From Raillietiella orientalis (lineage: Eukaryota), in NCBI GenBank assembly GCA_036172245.1, contig JAYWIR010000031.1:930001-994000 (forward strand): a DNA stretch of 64,000 nucleotides. The letters run 5' to 3'. Numbering within the stretch: the stretch's first letter is position 1; the number at the start of each line of letters is the position of its first letter. This document shows positions 14,114 to 26,949 of this stretch, piece after piece. The notes beneath the pieces are model-generated. The model did no database searches. It worked only from the letters and a program-made list of their open reading frames with translations, and was not told where the DNA came from. Made by a program: the position numbers and the translations under genes.

Positions 14114-15442
14114 AAAATAAATAAATCTCGCCAAGCTCCAGTCTGCACCTCCGCTGGCATTTCCGTGTGAAGTGTGATTTTGCAAGGACGTGGATGCCGT
14201 AATGGCATTTCATAATTCTTGTAAGAGTACAAAGTGTGTGGATTTAGAAACCCAATCTAGGGAAAGATTAAACCCACACATGCTTTTGATAGTTGTTAGG
14301 AGCTTTCTAGATGCTGCAAAGCTTCTTTATGAAATCAGTGATGCATTTCGGAAACAAGCCAAGATTGCATTCTTTGGCGTCCTTGGTTATAAAACTTTGA
14401 TCCCCAATTCGGAGAGATTGTATCTTCCTGGAATAATCTGTTAACCTGAATTGAAATGTGTTCAATTTAGGGGATATTGCATAACACCCAGTAGTGCATT
14501 CTTTCGGCAATAGTCCATTCTGGGATAGTTCGTTTTCTCTGGACTTGGGAACGAAGGCCTTTCTCGAGCCACGGACTCGGACGTTTCCACCTTTAATGCA
14601 ACACGGTCAGGCAGGGCGACCCAGCGAGCTGACCCAGCGACTCCGATGCACACCAGTAGCATTCCGGTGTATTAAATAGTCTTATCGCGTCGTTTCAGGT
14701 GTCAACTAGGACTGTGTACAAAAAGTATTCGTAAGCGCCGATATGTACTGGTGAAGGTCTTTTGAATTAACCACTTTTGACACTCGGGCTCGCAACGTAG
14801 GCGTCAAATGTGATGGACGCTCTGCGGATGTAGGAAACTTGCGACTGATCCTCTTTCATCCTGCACACTCCCTCATCCATTCTGCATTCGTGCCTGCGTA
14901 TTTGTGCGTGTTCGACAAAGCAAACTGCTCTAAAAACCATCGGGATGAAAACCTTGATATTCGATTCTAAATGTATAGTCTAGCCACGTCATCGAAGGAT
15001 ATCAGCAATTAATTCATCGTTAGCTCGAACTCGTTCCTGATCGAGCAACTACATGGGATGCTTTGAGAAAAACTCAAGAAGCAAATTCCGACGGGTTTAT
15101 CACGATCATCTCGACCACAAAGAGAACGCTGACGATTCGTTCTCTGGATCTCCTGAGTGTACTGCCGATTCACTGTACATGAATGTACGTTGCATGAAAC
15201 CTGAACCTCATTCTTTAGCCTACTGTTCTTTCTCCCGCATGAAACCTTCCTGTTCTTATGAATTATGTGCTCTTCATCTCGGTGAGATCTCTCAACCTTG
15301 AGTTTCAACCCTAAAATTCTAGAGGAGCAGATTACAATTAGCAACAGTGGGTTCTCTTTATGCCTGGAGCATGGATGTACGTCTTTAAAAAGAGTGAACC
15401 TTCCTAGCAACACGGTGTAACACGACGGAACCGCACATCAAA

Positions 15443-16010
15443 ATGATTAAGGTTAGTCGATGCCGTTCTTGTTTTGATGCTCCCCTGAAATTCGATTTGA
15501 GAATCCCAAACTCTGGTTGTTGAATTTGAATTGTTTGTGATCTTTGCAATGGAGATGAAATTGTCTTTTCTGTTGCAGCTCGTTTTTCTGCTTTTCATCG
15601 TTCTGCTAACTGCGAGGTTTTCGCTCACGTGGGAGAGGGGGAGCCCTTTGCTACTTGTTAATGGAAGATTCATCGCTCCAAAAAATGTCTTAGAAGTGAG
15701 GGATGCAGGCAGACTCTCGAGAACAGGAAACCTATTCTTGAGAAGCAAAAGATCACCTCAGTTTGGTGGTTTTCCATCTAGTCAGGAGTTCCAATCCGAA
15801 CAGAGCGGTTTCCAAAGTTTCCAGGAAGGATCTGCTTTCGGATCTCCTTTCGGTGGTCCAGTCATTGAAAGCCAAAGCGGTTTCACGGACAGCTCGTCTT
15901 CTGAAGTATTCGAAAGTGGCTTCAACTCTCCTTTCGGCGGGGCCCAACAGATTGTCGAAGAGTCGCAACAGGATGTGAATGCATTTGATGATGTTTTGGC
16001 GGCAATATGA
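15443..16010 (+). CDS. Secreted Ser/Phe/Gly/Glu/Gln-rich preproprotein (gene A); join(15443..15451,15579..16010), ~146 aa
   Basis: caaaATGATTAAG|gttagt donor and ttttctgttgcag acceptor at 15578. Product is MIK-LVFLLFIVLLTARFSLT (signal peptide) ... RSKR|SPQFGGFP..., ending at TGA 16008-16010. AATAAA at 16094 and TATA-like TTTAAAA at 15384. An unspliced start at ATG 15549 is the alternative. Confidence 0.8.
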
Positions 16011-16093
16011 AACTGCTTTTATCCTTGTTGAATCAGAGCTGCTGCAGCCGCATAGATCAAAGTGTGAGCGCATTGCTGAGCAAAGAAAGAGTA

Positions 16094-16099
16094 AATAAA
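16094..16099 (+). terminator. Polyadenylation signal of gene A
   Basis: AATAAA 84 nt after the stop codon. Confidence 0.6.
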
Positions 16100-17799
16100 A
16101 GTGATGCAATGCTTGTATTGAGAGATTTCTTTTCATCTGGTTTTCCACATTCTGGAAGTAGGCATGAAATTTGGCTTAGCTGGTCTGGCCCGCCAGCAAT
16201 AACTTGAGTGGAGAGAAGGAATGGAGGCAAAGATTTGGCTAAGTTCCTGAATAGCCATCGTAAATTCTTGCACTCTGACGACAGATCAGATCCCTGCAAG
16301 AGCGACTTTACCTATGAGTATATTTTCTCCCTTTTCGGGTTGTGACATACTTCCACGGAAGTAGGATTTTACTTAAAAGGGAAAACTCATCTGCTTGTGG
16401 TGCGTAGTTTGCTGGAAAGTTCAAGTTACGTCATCTTAAGGGAAAAACTGATTCCAGCCGGAGGCTTGGGCTTGCAGACTGTTTCTTCGCGACCAATCAT
16501 CAGGAATGAAACACGGGACGCTTCCCCATTCCAGTTTTAGTTGACTTCTTTCTTGCATGCTTCAAACCACTGATTGCATCATTTATAGTTTGCAGTACAC
16601 TTTATCACATATACACCCTTTCATAGACTTCTGTGGAGACTGTCTGCCTTCTCCAAACTCAGGAAAAAGCATCCGAAAAGAAATCTGAAGGACAAGGCCG
16701 CAAAAGAGAGCATTGCCGCCTCCATTTAACAAGAGGGAATTGCTAAGCCGAATGACTTTTGAGATTTGTTCTGAAAAAAAAAAAAGAAAAAAAAGACAAA
16801 TCGATTTCGGTTGTTCCTGCAAATGTATTCATACCCTGCCTCCAATGTGTTGGGGTCTGTGTTTTCGTGAGGGTCACGTTCTTAGGATGTCTTCATTTCC
16901 CCGGAAATAAGGATCGAGTCAGCATTATGGTGGGTGTCTTCCCATTTCTGTTTTCGAAGTGCCATCTGTAGCTCCTGTTTTCGCCTGTCTCGTGGAGGAA
17001 CAATTCCAGATTTTCAACGAAAAAAAATTGGCCATACGGTTACAGGTTTCTAAGGAAGATGCACGGGCCTTTTCGCTGACCCTTTGAGGCCTGCAGAGAG
17101 ATCAGAAGGTATCGGAGACACTTTTGAGGCTCCTTCGATGCTCCGCCATAGCAGAGCTTGACCTGGGAGCTCAGTTAGAAGCTCGGTACCTCCTTCACAT
17201 GCTGCAGCCCACATTCGGAGGCATTTCTGTTTGCAAAATCAAAGTCTTCGTGGTGGAATGATGATCAGAGATACATAATGGGAAGAAGCCCAACGACACA
17301 AATTCCAGATCATCCGTTCTTGGTAGAAAAGTAGGTTTAAATCGTTGAGATGAACTGAGTAATTCCAACAATTTCTCTTGCAGGGTGTGCACGCAAAAGT
17401 TACCTGGAAGAAAACCACAGGAACGGTGGTTCCAAGACAAAGGAAAGCACTCTGCTGTTGTCTTCCTTAGAGTGAATTCGACTGAGGCAGATCCTGACAG
17501 CGAAGGAGGAGCGTATCGTTTTGGCGTACAGAGTCGTCCGAATGCTTGCAGCCTCACTGCCTCAAGAACTCAAATCAAAAGTCCACGATTTAGTCATTTC
17601 CGTTTCATCTGATCTTTTCAAGTAGCTGTTCTTGCATCTCAATAGTTTATTCTGCAGCCGGCAATGTAAGTAAAAGTTAAATCTCTGCTTTTCCTTGCAC
17701 GGTCATGCTGATAGGGAAGAGAGATTTTTCCTTCTCGTTATCAACCTCTAAGGAAAGGCTGTCTCGCATTATTCGAAATAGGGTTAGTTGTAAAAATGA

Positions 17800-18010
17800 A
17801 AGCCAAGAATTGCACTTCATTCTAAAGAGGAAGTGATGCGGTCGCCGACATCCTTCTGAATGAGAAAACCAGGCGGACGTTTCCCCAATTGAAGAAACGC
17901 GAATCCTATGAGAGCTTTTCCAAGTCCAAGTTTCCTTCTTTGAGTTGGAAAGGATCGCTAGGATGTTCCCTCCCCATATTTCTGAAAAACTTGGTTCCAA
18001 GAAAGTCTGC
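17800..18010 (-). mobile_element. Possible degenerate LINE zf-RVT fragment
   Basis: The minus frame SEIWGGNILAILSNSKKETWTWKSSHRI..CRRPHHFLF resembles W...WKxxHxI..H.LF. Confidence 0.3.
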
Positions 18011-21000
18011 TGGAGAGTGCCACATCATCATCGGTTGGGTAAGGTTCCATCTAAAGAGAAACGTCTCGCTCAGGCAAGACCGGGATCCATCCAGGATTGG
18101 CTTATTCTGGAGAAGTTCAGAACAAGCCAATCCACAGATTGAAAGATGCTTCCACTGAGCTTTGATTCTCGGAGCTAAGCTAAGCTTCCGTTTCTGCAAG
18201 AGTGGGTTGCCCTGCGCTATGGATTTATGCTGGGGGGAGGGAAGAAATCTCTGAGACTGCGATTTCCAAACGAGCATTCACAGAGATTGTTCGTCTTTAC
18301 GAACATTCACGAGCATGGATTCGCGTAAGCCTGAATTTCGGAATAATTTTTTTGGAATTTTTGGTTTCTATGGTGAAGCAGAAAGTAGGGGTGGGGGGCG
18401 GGGAGAAGAAAACACACAAAAAAGGATTAATTTGGAAAAACGAGTTACATCTCATCAAAACAGAGGCATGGAGATCATTCCTCGTATTTCCACAAAATTC
18501 AGATGGGCAATGCATCCCGAAACATCTTCGAAATGGTGTAATCAAACAAAAAGGGACTAGATCTCCATGCTGCTGATGAGTGATCAATAAGCACAATCTG
18601 ATTGGAGTTTCTCTTCCTCAAAGACGAGTGTGAATCTTCTAGAATGAGGCGACGTATTTATAACCTTCATGACTGTGCAGAAATCGGAAGTACGATGACT
18701 CCTTAGATGCATCATCAATCTCGCAAGGTTTTCAAGGAAGAAGAAACACGAGTGCTTCGACGGAAGAATGCACAAAGCACCGAAGAGTTTCAATTCTTTC
18801 AGGCAGTCGCCACTGACATCCAAGTCATCAAGGTAAAACAAAAAGAGATTCTAGTTCAGATAACGAGATGGAAAAACTGATACTTCGGCTGCAATTCCCC
18901 TAACCACTCATGCTTTTTAAATCCATTCTGCATATTTATTCCACAAAATGGAGAAGGATACTTTCAGATGATCCTGTTTCGTCGAGTACGGAGCCATCCG
19001 CAGATTGCACATTTTTATGGATCCACAAGAACTAAGCGTGGGTTTTCGAGCGCGCCGATGAAAATTTACCAAGGCATCCGCTCCCATTTTCAAAACACCA
19101 CTTCTTAGTTTGTCCTGCTTAAGATTCAAGCCTTCTTCTCTTCCCAATTTCAAGCAAAAGAACGTGCATCGAACTTTGTGGTTGCTAGGGGACGGTGTCC
19201 TAAGCACCTTGGCACTGATAACGCTGAAAATAACTGGTACAGAGGTATATCAGCCCCGAGGGCAGCACAGATACGAAATGCGCTCAGGCAACGCATAGCG
19301 ATGTAAAGCTGAAAATTCCAAATCCAAACATCTGATTTCAGCCAGATTTGTGAGGGTGTCCTGAATGCAAGGGCGGTAAAGGAAAACCCTCTGATTCGAG
19401 AAGCAACAAGCCTACTGAAAATAGCCACGAAATGGATGAAAAGCTCACCCCACGCACTGCACTTCTCCTGGAGATAGCTGTCCCATGCATGGTGCACTCG
19501 CAAACACGGCCTCTACAGATTCAGATTCACCAGCACTGCTGCACCAGCGAGATGGTGAAGTCAGGGAGTCTCCTTCTCATTAAGAAATTGTGAACACCTT
19601 AATTTATCAAGAGTACTCTGGTAGGAGGGGTACAAAGGATTTCTTTTTCCCTTTCCGTTTTTGTGGAACACTCACCGACTATAAAAGAGTTTCATCCTTG
19701 GCTTGTCCACCCTTCCTTTTCAAGCGAAAGATGTGCCTCCACGTAATAAATGTGTTAAATGATCCGTGCATGGCCCAGGAGAGAAGTATTCGGCATGCGC
19801 CTCCGGTGAGGGGAAACTTCTCAACTCGTACGTCTAGTTTCTCTGAGCTGCGAACTTTGTGCGCGTGGGTGGGGCGAACCGTCAAGTCAGATCTTCGGAG
19901 CAGTTGAAGGATATATTGAGGACTACCTAGCATTAGAGGCCTCACAGACATTAGCGGGGGCCCGAGATGCTTTGAGGGCCCAGGAACTTCGCTGCTACTT
20001 CGCCATGCACACTGGATTGATTGTCAATCTGGTTGCTAAATTTGATAAGTAATTTATGTACTGTGGCTCGTTGGCTTTTGCCTCTTTGTTCACTAACAGC
20101 AGCAGAAAGCTCTTACGAAAACTCTCCTACGCAGTCGCTGATCTCATGTCTCATCTTTGTCTCCCACGAATCTATTTCTCCCAACCGCTTGATCGAAAAA
20201 CATTCTGACGCGTCTCACCTGGATTTCTGTTCCCAATCTCACATATATCATGTGAATACCTGCTATTGAAACAGAAATGAAGTGATCACTGTGTTTGTGA
20301 TTCAGTTCTTTTGAGCCTCTTTTCTTCGGAGGCTGGGACTGCTGGGACAACATGAGCAGATTGGGGCATTGAAAGTGTCAAGTACCGCCACATCACGCGT
20401 TCCGCACAAAATACCTTGGGAATGAATAAAAAAATTTTTTTCGGAGGTCCTATGAATCCACATCTGACACCGCAGCGTTCGAATTAGACTTTTCTCATAA
20501 ACTGATGATAACTAGGGGTTCGTGACCTACGGGACCAGCAGGAACAATCTCTTCCGCAGCTCGTTTTCCAGTAAACGCAAATACTATTGAATTCCACTGC
20601 TAGTTCATCATTTTTGCTTCGGAAAGCAACCTTTTACGACGTGCCTGCTCGAGTGATGCTGTGACATTTTATCACACTTACATTCATGAATTGGACTTTC
20701 GTACAACCCAATTGTATTCTCATCCACAAGGTTGTCACCTTGCAACACCAGTTAGCGAAATGGCCGCTTCCCTTGCAGAACTTTGAAGCATTCACCCACT
20801 CTTTTCTCGTTTCTTAGACTGCTGGCCACAGGCCTTTGAGCACCTGACGCTTTTTGAAACCATTCTAATGGAAAGAACGCGAAAGTACCACTGGCTTTCT
20901 CCTCTCTCCCGAACTGCTACGTAGGCATCGCGTCGAGGAACGAAGTCCCACGCACGCACTGGTACACTGACAGCACGAGAAGCACTCGAGATGAAGCTGG

Positions 21001-22799
21001 GGTTATGGATAGGCTGTGCTTGATGTTCCATCGTCTCTGGACTCGAGTTTATGTCCCTCGTTCAACATCTCTGTGGCATTTTGGAGTCGAGTCGAGCTGC
21101 AGAAAAGGAAAAATGGGGGAGAGGTAATGAAAAAATGAGGGTCTTCCAACATAATTAGCACAGCATCAGAGTCGGTGCAAAAGCAATTACGCTGACTGAT
21201 AGAAACGCTCATTTTTAGATTCCTTCTGTTCTTCTAGCTATTCGGATCTTCACATTGACGGGAGAAGAGTAGAGGAAACCGTCTTGAAGGCAGTGTGCTT
21301 CTGCAAAAGGTGGGGTTCAGTTCCTCCTCATTCGTCTCCAAGATACCTGTAGCGTGGTAGAAAGTGCTCTCAGTGACTATGTACAATTTGAAGCCCTTCA
21401 AGGGATGTCCAAACTAAGAGTGCATCGTATCTTGAGTGCTCAGGAACTCTAGAGAACGTTTAACATTCATGAAGGATCGTGAAGGAAAAGATAGTGAGAC
21501 TGAGAAGCAGAGAATTCCCGAAGAGTGAGATGAATGCACAGGGAAGATCGAATTCGTGTCACACCGGAAAGCAGCTGGAGCGAAGGATTTTTTTTTAAGA
21601 AGTGATAATTCAGTGGGCATTTAAAGTCTTTGCAATCTTGATGCTTAGAGGAAAATGCTGAGGAACGTGTCTTTCCCGTGAGAAGTCCACATTCTCCATG
21701 AGTTTCCTTGGAGACGTGGGAAGAAAAGGGTGCAAGAAGGGATGAAAACCGTGTTCGGAGATGTGAAATGAAGCTGAATGAATCGCTAAGAAAATCGTGA
21801 AAAAGAAAAAAAAAACACACACATCGGACCACTTCCAGGTCATGAAATCAATCTTCCCTTCCCGTTAATTCCTCAGTCTTCTGATAGACGAATATGGAAT
21901 AAGGACTGTTCGAATCAGCTCCCTTCCGAGATCTTGTAAGCTCATCTTACGAACTGAGCATCGTTTTGGTCCCATTGCTAGGCAAAATTTTTCTCCGATC
22001 ATAGAGAGTTGAAATTCGTTGGTGTTGTCTTCAACGAGAGCGGACCGCAGGAGCTTCCCTAAAGCCAGCGATAGCCAGCGTCTCGAGTCCTCTGACGGGG
22101 TCGCCTCATGATGGGGTTGAAGAGGTAGTCATGCCCCGTTAGGATCTCCCGAATGTTAACTCAAATGCTGAAGAACTCTGTGTTGAGAGTCCTGCTGATA
22201 TGTGATTTGAAGACAGAGAAAGATCGTCGAGGCAGCTGGCGGGATTCTGTGGTCTTCCGGTTAGCAGCTAAGCTGAACTAAACAGTCAGCGGAAACTTTC
22301 TCCAGAAAATTCATCTTGACAGCTGAAATTCATTTCAACTTCCAGGTTGTTGAGCTGGTTACGCCTTCCAGGAACTGTGGAAGAGACTGACTTTAGCGCT
22401 GCTGCGCCCGGAAGACACCATCAGAGACTTGAGGAGGCGATTCTTCGCACGCGTCGGGTTTTCGTGTGACGCGGTGATTGCAGAGTTGAGTTGCGCGCGC
22501 ACCTTCTTGCCGACTGGAAGAGACTGGAAGCCACCTGCCTAGCAGCCGCTTTCATGAGGGCTGTAGCGGACTGGCCCCGTTTGCAGAAAGAGGTCGCAAC
22601 AGGTAGATCTCCTGCATCTCGCACCGGCACTCAGAGGGAAGGAGGGTTTTATGCCAAAGAGAATGCTCTTTGGCATAAAACTTTTGTTCCTACCCTTTGT
22701 TCATCAGTTTATCTATTTATTTATTGTTCCCTTTACCCCCGCTTAGTACTTCCCTTATGATTCTTTCCGCCGAAGATTCTAACAGTTCGGTGGCGGCAT

Positions 22800-24960
22800 A
22801 CGTCGCCCCGTTCCAATGGGGACTGCCCTCGCAGGGTGGATGGAAGCAGGGACAGTAAGTAAATGAAGAATGGGATGGACTGTCCTCACGGCATTCCACT
22901 TGATTCCCGAGAGCCTGTGTTGAGCAGAGGAGCAGAGCAAGGGAGCAGTGTGCTCCCATCGGTTTCGAGGCGGTTAGTCCTCCCACGAGAGCTCCAAGGT
23001 TTCTTTTGCGCCCTGCGCCTCGGACTGTAAGAATCACCGTTCCCCCTTTGCGTGTACGCGATGGGGATCTCCAACGTGCTCCTCCTGGGATGTCTGTTGC
23101 CAGCATTCCTTCTTCCGCCATATATGGCGGCAACCACCGCTGCTCTTACGTGTCAGGTCATTTCCAGCAACGAGGCGAGCTGGAGACGTGGACACCTGCC
23201 TAGAGAGTGGTCTTCTGGGGCGTTGTCGAGGAACGGAAGCGCTTCAGCGGTCTGCTCGCATCCCTGACGCAGCCTCCTGCATTCCAGCAGCACGCGTCGT
23301 GGAGTCCCCCTTGTCCCGCAGAGGGGGCTTCCCTGGGCACCTTCCTCTCTGAAGCGCGGTGGGAATTGCTCTTTCGGGGAAGTCCTGCCGCTTGACCGGG
23401 TGGAAAGAGTCCGTCTCCATGGCTCTTTGTCTTCTGCCGCGCTTGTGCACCCCATCCACCTGAAGAGTGCGTCCGGCAAATTCGTGCTTCTGCGGATGGG
23501 AACCGCCCCAACGCCTGGCCTCTCCTGCGCCAGAGACCCCAAAAGGCCTGTGCTATGTCAAGGGTACCGCATGAGTATTCCGAGACACCGAAGGCGCCAA
23601 CACCAGCTGCTTGCCCAACGCTTTTTACAAATCACCTGGTCCTAGCGTGGGTGCTGCGTGATGTGAGCTCATGGAAGCATTGTTCCGGGACCACTGTTAA
23701 CAGCGATGTTGTGCTGACTGAGAGTGACCTTCGAATCCCATCAACAGGATCCTTGCTCTCCTCAAAGGAAACGCGGGGTCCCAGAATTAGCAATCCTTAG
23801 AGATCTCTCGCTTCCTTTTGAAAGAGAAGAATCTCATGGAGAAGATGCTTGTGTGATCGGGAATTCATCCTTCTCATGAGATCAGTGACCGCTTGATTAA
23901 TCTGGGTGCGAGCACCCAAATCTTCCCTCTATCCCCTCCCTTTTCATCTCCCTTTTTCCGAATCCCAAACTCCTGAAGAATCTGAGAAACAATTCCTCTA
24001 AGGAGACACTGGTATTCAAGGCAACTGCCGAGCGCACGTACCGAAGATCCCTGCGAAAAGTGGACGATGGTCTACGACTCGAGTGTGGTATCACATTGTT
24101 GCATCTTTCTACCGCCACAGGCTCTCTCCTCTCACGCCATTCTCCTTCGGGATGGGGGATGAAACTTTTCGCGGGCCGGATAGCCCCTTTGGCTGCAGCT
24201 CCAGCTAAGGGAGTTCCCTTCCCGCTCCATGAGGATGCCTGGCATCCGGAGAGAGGAGCGAGAATTGGAGTGCCTCAAGGTCACACCTCCCCGCTCTACG
24301 GAGAGCCGATGCCCAACGCGTTCCCCGCTGGTCTCGGGTCGCCGATCCTTTCTTCGCCTGGTGAGGACGCATCGGGTCTCATCAGGGAGTGGCCGGATCG
24401 CCGTGCCCGCCGGCGCTTCATGGGCATCGGAGGATTCTTCTTCAAGGCCGGATCTCTTCCCACCGCCCTCATTACCTCCCGAAGGCCCCACGGAAAACTC
24501 TGCGTCGCTGGGCATCCAGCCTTTGTCCGGATGCTGCCGGTCCCCAGAGAGCTCTGAAGAGCTGCTTCTGTTTACTCCTGGTTAAGCAGCGCTTCCTCCT
24601 CGCGGTGGACCCAGGGAGGAGGAGGAAGGGATCCAGGAGCTGGATCAGCGTAGCGCAGGCTGGTGCGAAAGCGATTCTCCAGCCTCTTCCGTTCCCCGCC
24701 TAGCGTCCACCCTGCAGAGGAGGTTTCCCACTCTCGATGACCTGACGGAGGACATCCCGTCCCTGACCTGATCCAACTTGGCGGACTGATAGCGATCATC
24801 CAAGATGTGGCGATTTCGAGCCTCATGGTGGGTTCTGCCGACCTAAGAGGACCAGAGAACCCTCGAATGCATCCTGGGAGTCCAGAACAGGGAACGGGAA
24901 TCCCACCCGAAACTCTCAATCGCCGAGACGGAAGAGGAGGAGAGCTCTCCTCCTCCTCTT
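22800..24960 (-). mobile_element. Heavily decayed Tx1/L1-like LINE ORF2 (RT through zf-RVT and 3' UTR)
   Basis: Collinear degenerate motifs on the minus strand: VLDSQDAFE (~LDxEKAFD), IRSGTGCPPSG (~VRQGCPLS), LRMPGI (~KxLGI) and SPLCGTRGTPRRVLLECRRL (~zf-RVT). The block agggacagtaa at ~22850 also occurs near the 3' end of the LINE at ~46580. Confidence 0.5.
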
Positions 24961-25466
24961 CCTTTTCTTCCCCGACGGACTATGGGTCTCTGAAGCGAAG
25001 TCGTTCCCATCCTTGTCGTGCGAGAGGAGGTGTCCGAGGCACCCCGAGAGGCAGAAGGCGCTGCTTCCAGCCGGGGTGACGCACGTGTGCTCCCTGGACC
25101 GGATCCGCACAGACAGCGCCCTCTCCGAGGAAGAGCTGGAGCTGGGCAAAGAGCGCGGTGGGGCGGGAGGGAAGAAGGCGAGCGATGGCTCTCCTGGGAT
25201 CCCCTCCTTTGGTAGGTTTCCTACTCAGGAGACGGATGGACGTTCCTCCAACACCATCACCCCCGCCTTCTTCCTCTTTTCCGCAGCGGCGAGCGGGAGG
25301 GGTGGACTCCCTGCGTTTCGCAATCTCTCGAGGCGGATCGCTCCCGGGAACCGCCGTCGCCGCCGAGATAGGGATCGGGAGCGAAAGTCCCTGCCTGGAC
25401 GTTGCGACACCACTGAGGGGCGCGTCCACGGGAGCGGCTGCCGCCTGATCGGCGCGCAGACGGGCG

Positions 25467-25505
25467 CATTTAAGGCTCCCATACGCGTGGTCCAAGCGCT
25501 CAGTC
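25467..25505 (+). promoter_or_regulatory. Core promoter of gene B (TATA-like CATTTAAG + Inr TCAGTC)
   Basis: A TATA variant at 25467-25474 and the arthropod initiator consensus TCAGTC at 25500-25505, about 30 nt apart and about 50 nt upstream of the ATG. Confidence 0.55.
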
Positions 25506-25551
25506 TCCGAGGAATAGCGGCTGCGAGCAGGAGATTTCCGCCAGGACCGCC

Positions 25552-26215
25552 ATGTTGCCTGCCACGCTGGTGAGCCACTGTTCTCATCCCCTTCCTTTCC
25601 GCAGGAAGATCCCACTTCTGGGGAGCTCCTCCGGGACCCACACCGCGGTGTGTTCCAGGTGTTCCTTGCTCTCTGCTGGCTCCCCGTCTTCGCGGAAAAC
25701 TCAGCCTGGAGGGACAAGCGCAGCTCCCACCCGGACAGGGGTGACCTCAAGGGATCTGGGTCAGGTAGAGCCTTCCCAATGTCCTCCTCCTTCGGGAGAC
25801 TCCAGGCTTCCCGGTTCCAGGTTTCGGCTATGCCGGAGCAGGACTGCCAGGGATAGGAGGATTCGGGGGACTTGGGGGAGTCGGTGGCTTCCCCGGCGTG
25901 GGCTTCTTCGGGGGAGGAGGCTCTCCCTGGATGACCTTTCCCGGAGGAGGCTTCGGAGGAGGAATTTATCCAGGAGGAGGCTTCGGTGGAGGCTTCGGTG
26001 GAGGCTTCGGAGGAGGATTTTATCCCGGAGGAGGCTTCGGAGGAGGATTTTATCCCGGAGGAGGCTTCGGGGGAGGATTTTATCCCGGAGGAGGCTTCGG
26101 AGGAGGATTTCATCCCGGAGGAGGCTTCGGGGGAGGTTTCGGAGGAGGATTCTATCCCGGATGGGGTAGCACGTTCGCATTCCAAGGAGTGGGCGTCCCC
26201 CTCCTGGGATACTGA
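25552..26215 (+). CDS. Secreted glycine/phenylalanine-rich repeat protein (gene B); join(25552..25569,25659..25764,25821..26215), ~172 aa
   Basis: MLPATL|gtgagc..ttccag|VFLALCWLPVFA (signal peptide) ENSAWRDKR SSHPDRGDLKGSGS G|gtagag..ttccag|FGYAGAGLPGIGGFGG..(YPGGGFGGGF)n..GVPLLGY*. Splicing is required because a TAG at 25766 closes the Gly-rich frame upstream. AATAAA at 26319. Confidence 0.88.
25935..26160 (+). repeat. Coding tandem repeat, 30-nt unit tatcccggaggaggcttcggaggaggattt (YPGGGFGGGF) with 12-nt GGGF subunits
   Basis: Directly visible near-identical units. Confidence 0.9.
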
Positions 26216-26318
26216 GCCAGCACTGTCTGAAGGCCGGGTCAGCGAGCGTCACGCCCACGACATGTTGAAGAGACGGGACGCTGGCTCTCTGGAGGACTCA
26301 GAGGATGGCAGATGCTGC

Positions 26319-26324
26319 AATAAA
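26319..26324 (+). terminator. Polyadenylation signal of gene B
   Basis: AATAAA ~104 nt after the stop codon. Confidence 0.65.
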
Positions 26325-26949
26325 GGCTGTGTGAAGCAGAAACCGTTTGGAAGGGCGGGGAAACTCTTTGCTTCCGGTTCCATGGGGAGTTCTCCGGAAA
26401 GGATAGTCCTACTGCTCCCTAGGAAACCGCGGCTGCCTCAAAAAGAAAGAAAAGAAATGAAAAGGGTAGGGGGAGGTAGGGGATGGAGGGGTAAAGACAG
26501 TCTTCCTACAGCATGGCCAGGGAGGGGGGGAACAGGAAGCTACCAGACTGCGGAGAAGGAGAGGCGAGGAGAATTTTCGAGACTGCTTGCCTGCCGCCTC
26601 CCAGAAGAGTTTCCACGGCTACCAGGGTATCCAGGAGGTTTTCTCGCCCTCCTCCCGCGCCCCACACGCCATCAATTTGCAGTCCGTCGCCAGGGGAGCG
26701 CCAACTTCCTCCCATCTTCTGCCTCCTTCGTTTTCAGCCCCCCAGTGACGTGTCTACGACCTTTTCTCTTTCCCGCCCCCTCTCCTCACTCGGATAGCCG
26801 GAGGGTGGGAGGAAGAGGAGGGGAAACGCTCCTTGAAAAGCAAACAGACGGAAGGCACTGTAAGGCTCCCCCCTCCCAGTCCCACGGAGGATTGAAAAAC
26901 ACGAACGCTGATGCTCCGAGGAGGTCAGGTGGTCCGTCCTGAGGCTCTC

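Noticed and set aside
23052..23267. Signal-peptide-like ORF MGISNVLLLGCLLPAFLL..
   Set aside because: It lies antisense within a decayed LINE 3' region and has no promoter, splice or polyA support.
24980..26942. Long ORFs 24980-26185(-), 25552-26169(+, Arg-rich) and 25986-26942(+, EEDFIPEEAS repeats)
   Set aside because: These are alternative-frame or antisense shadows of the stop-poor Gly-rich repeat of gene B; splice sites and the signal peptide support only the Gly frame.
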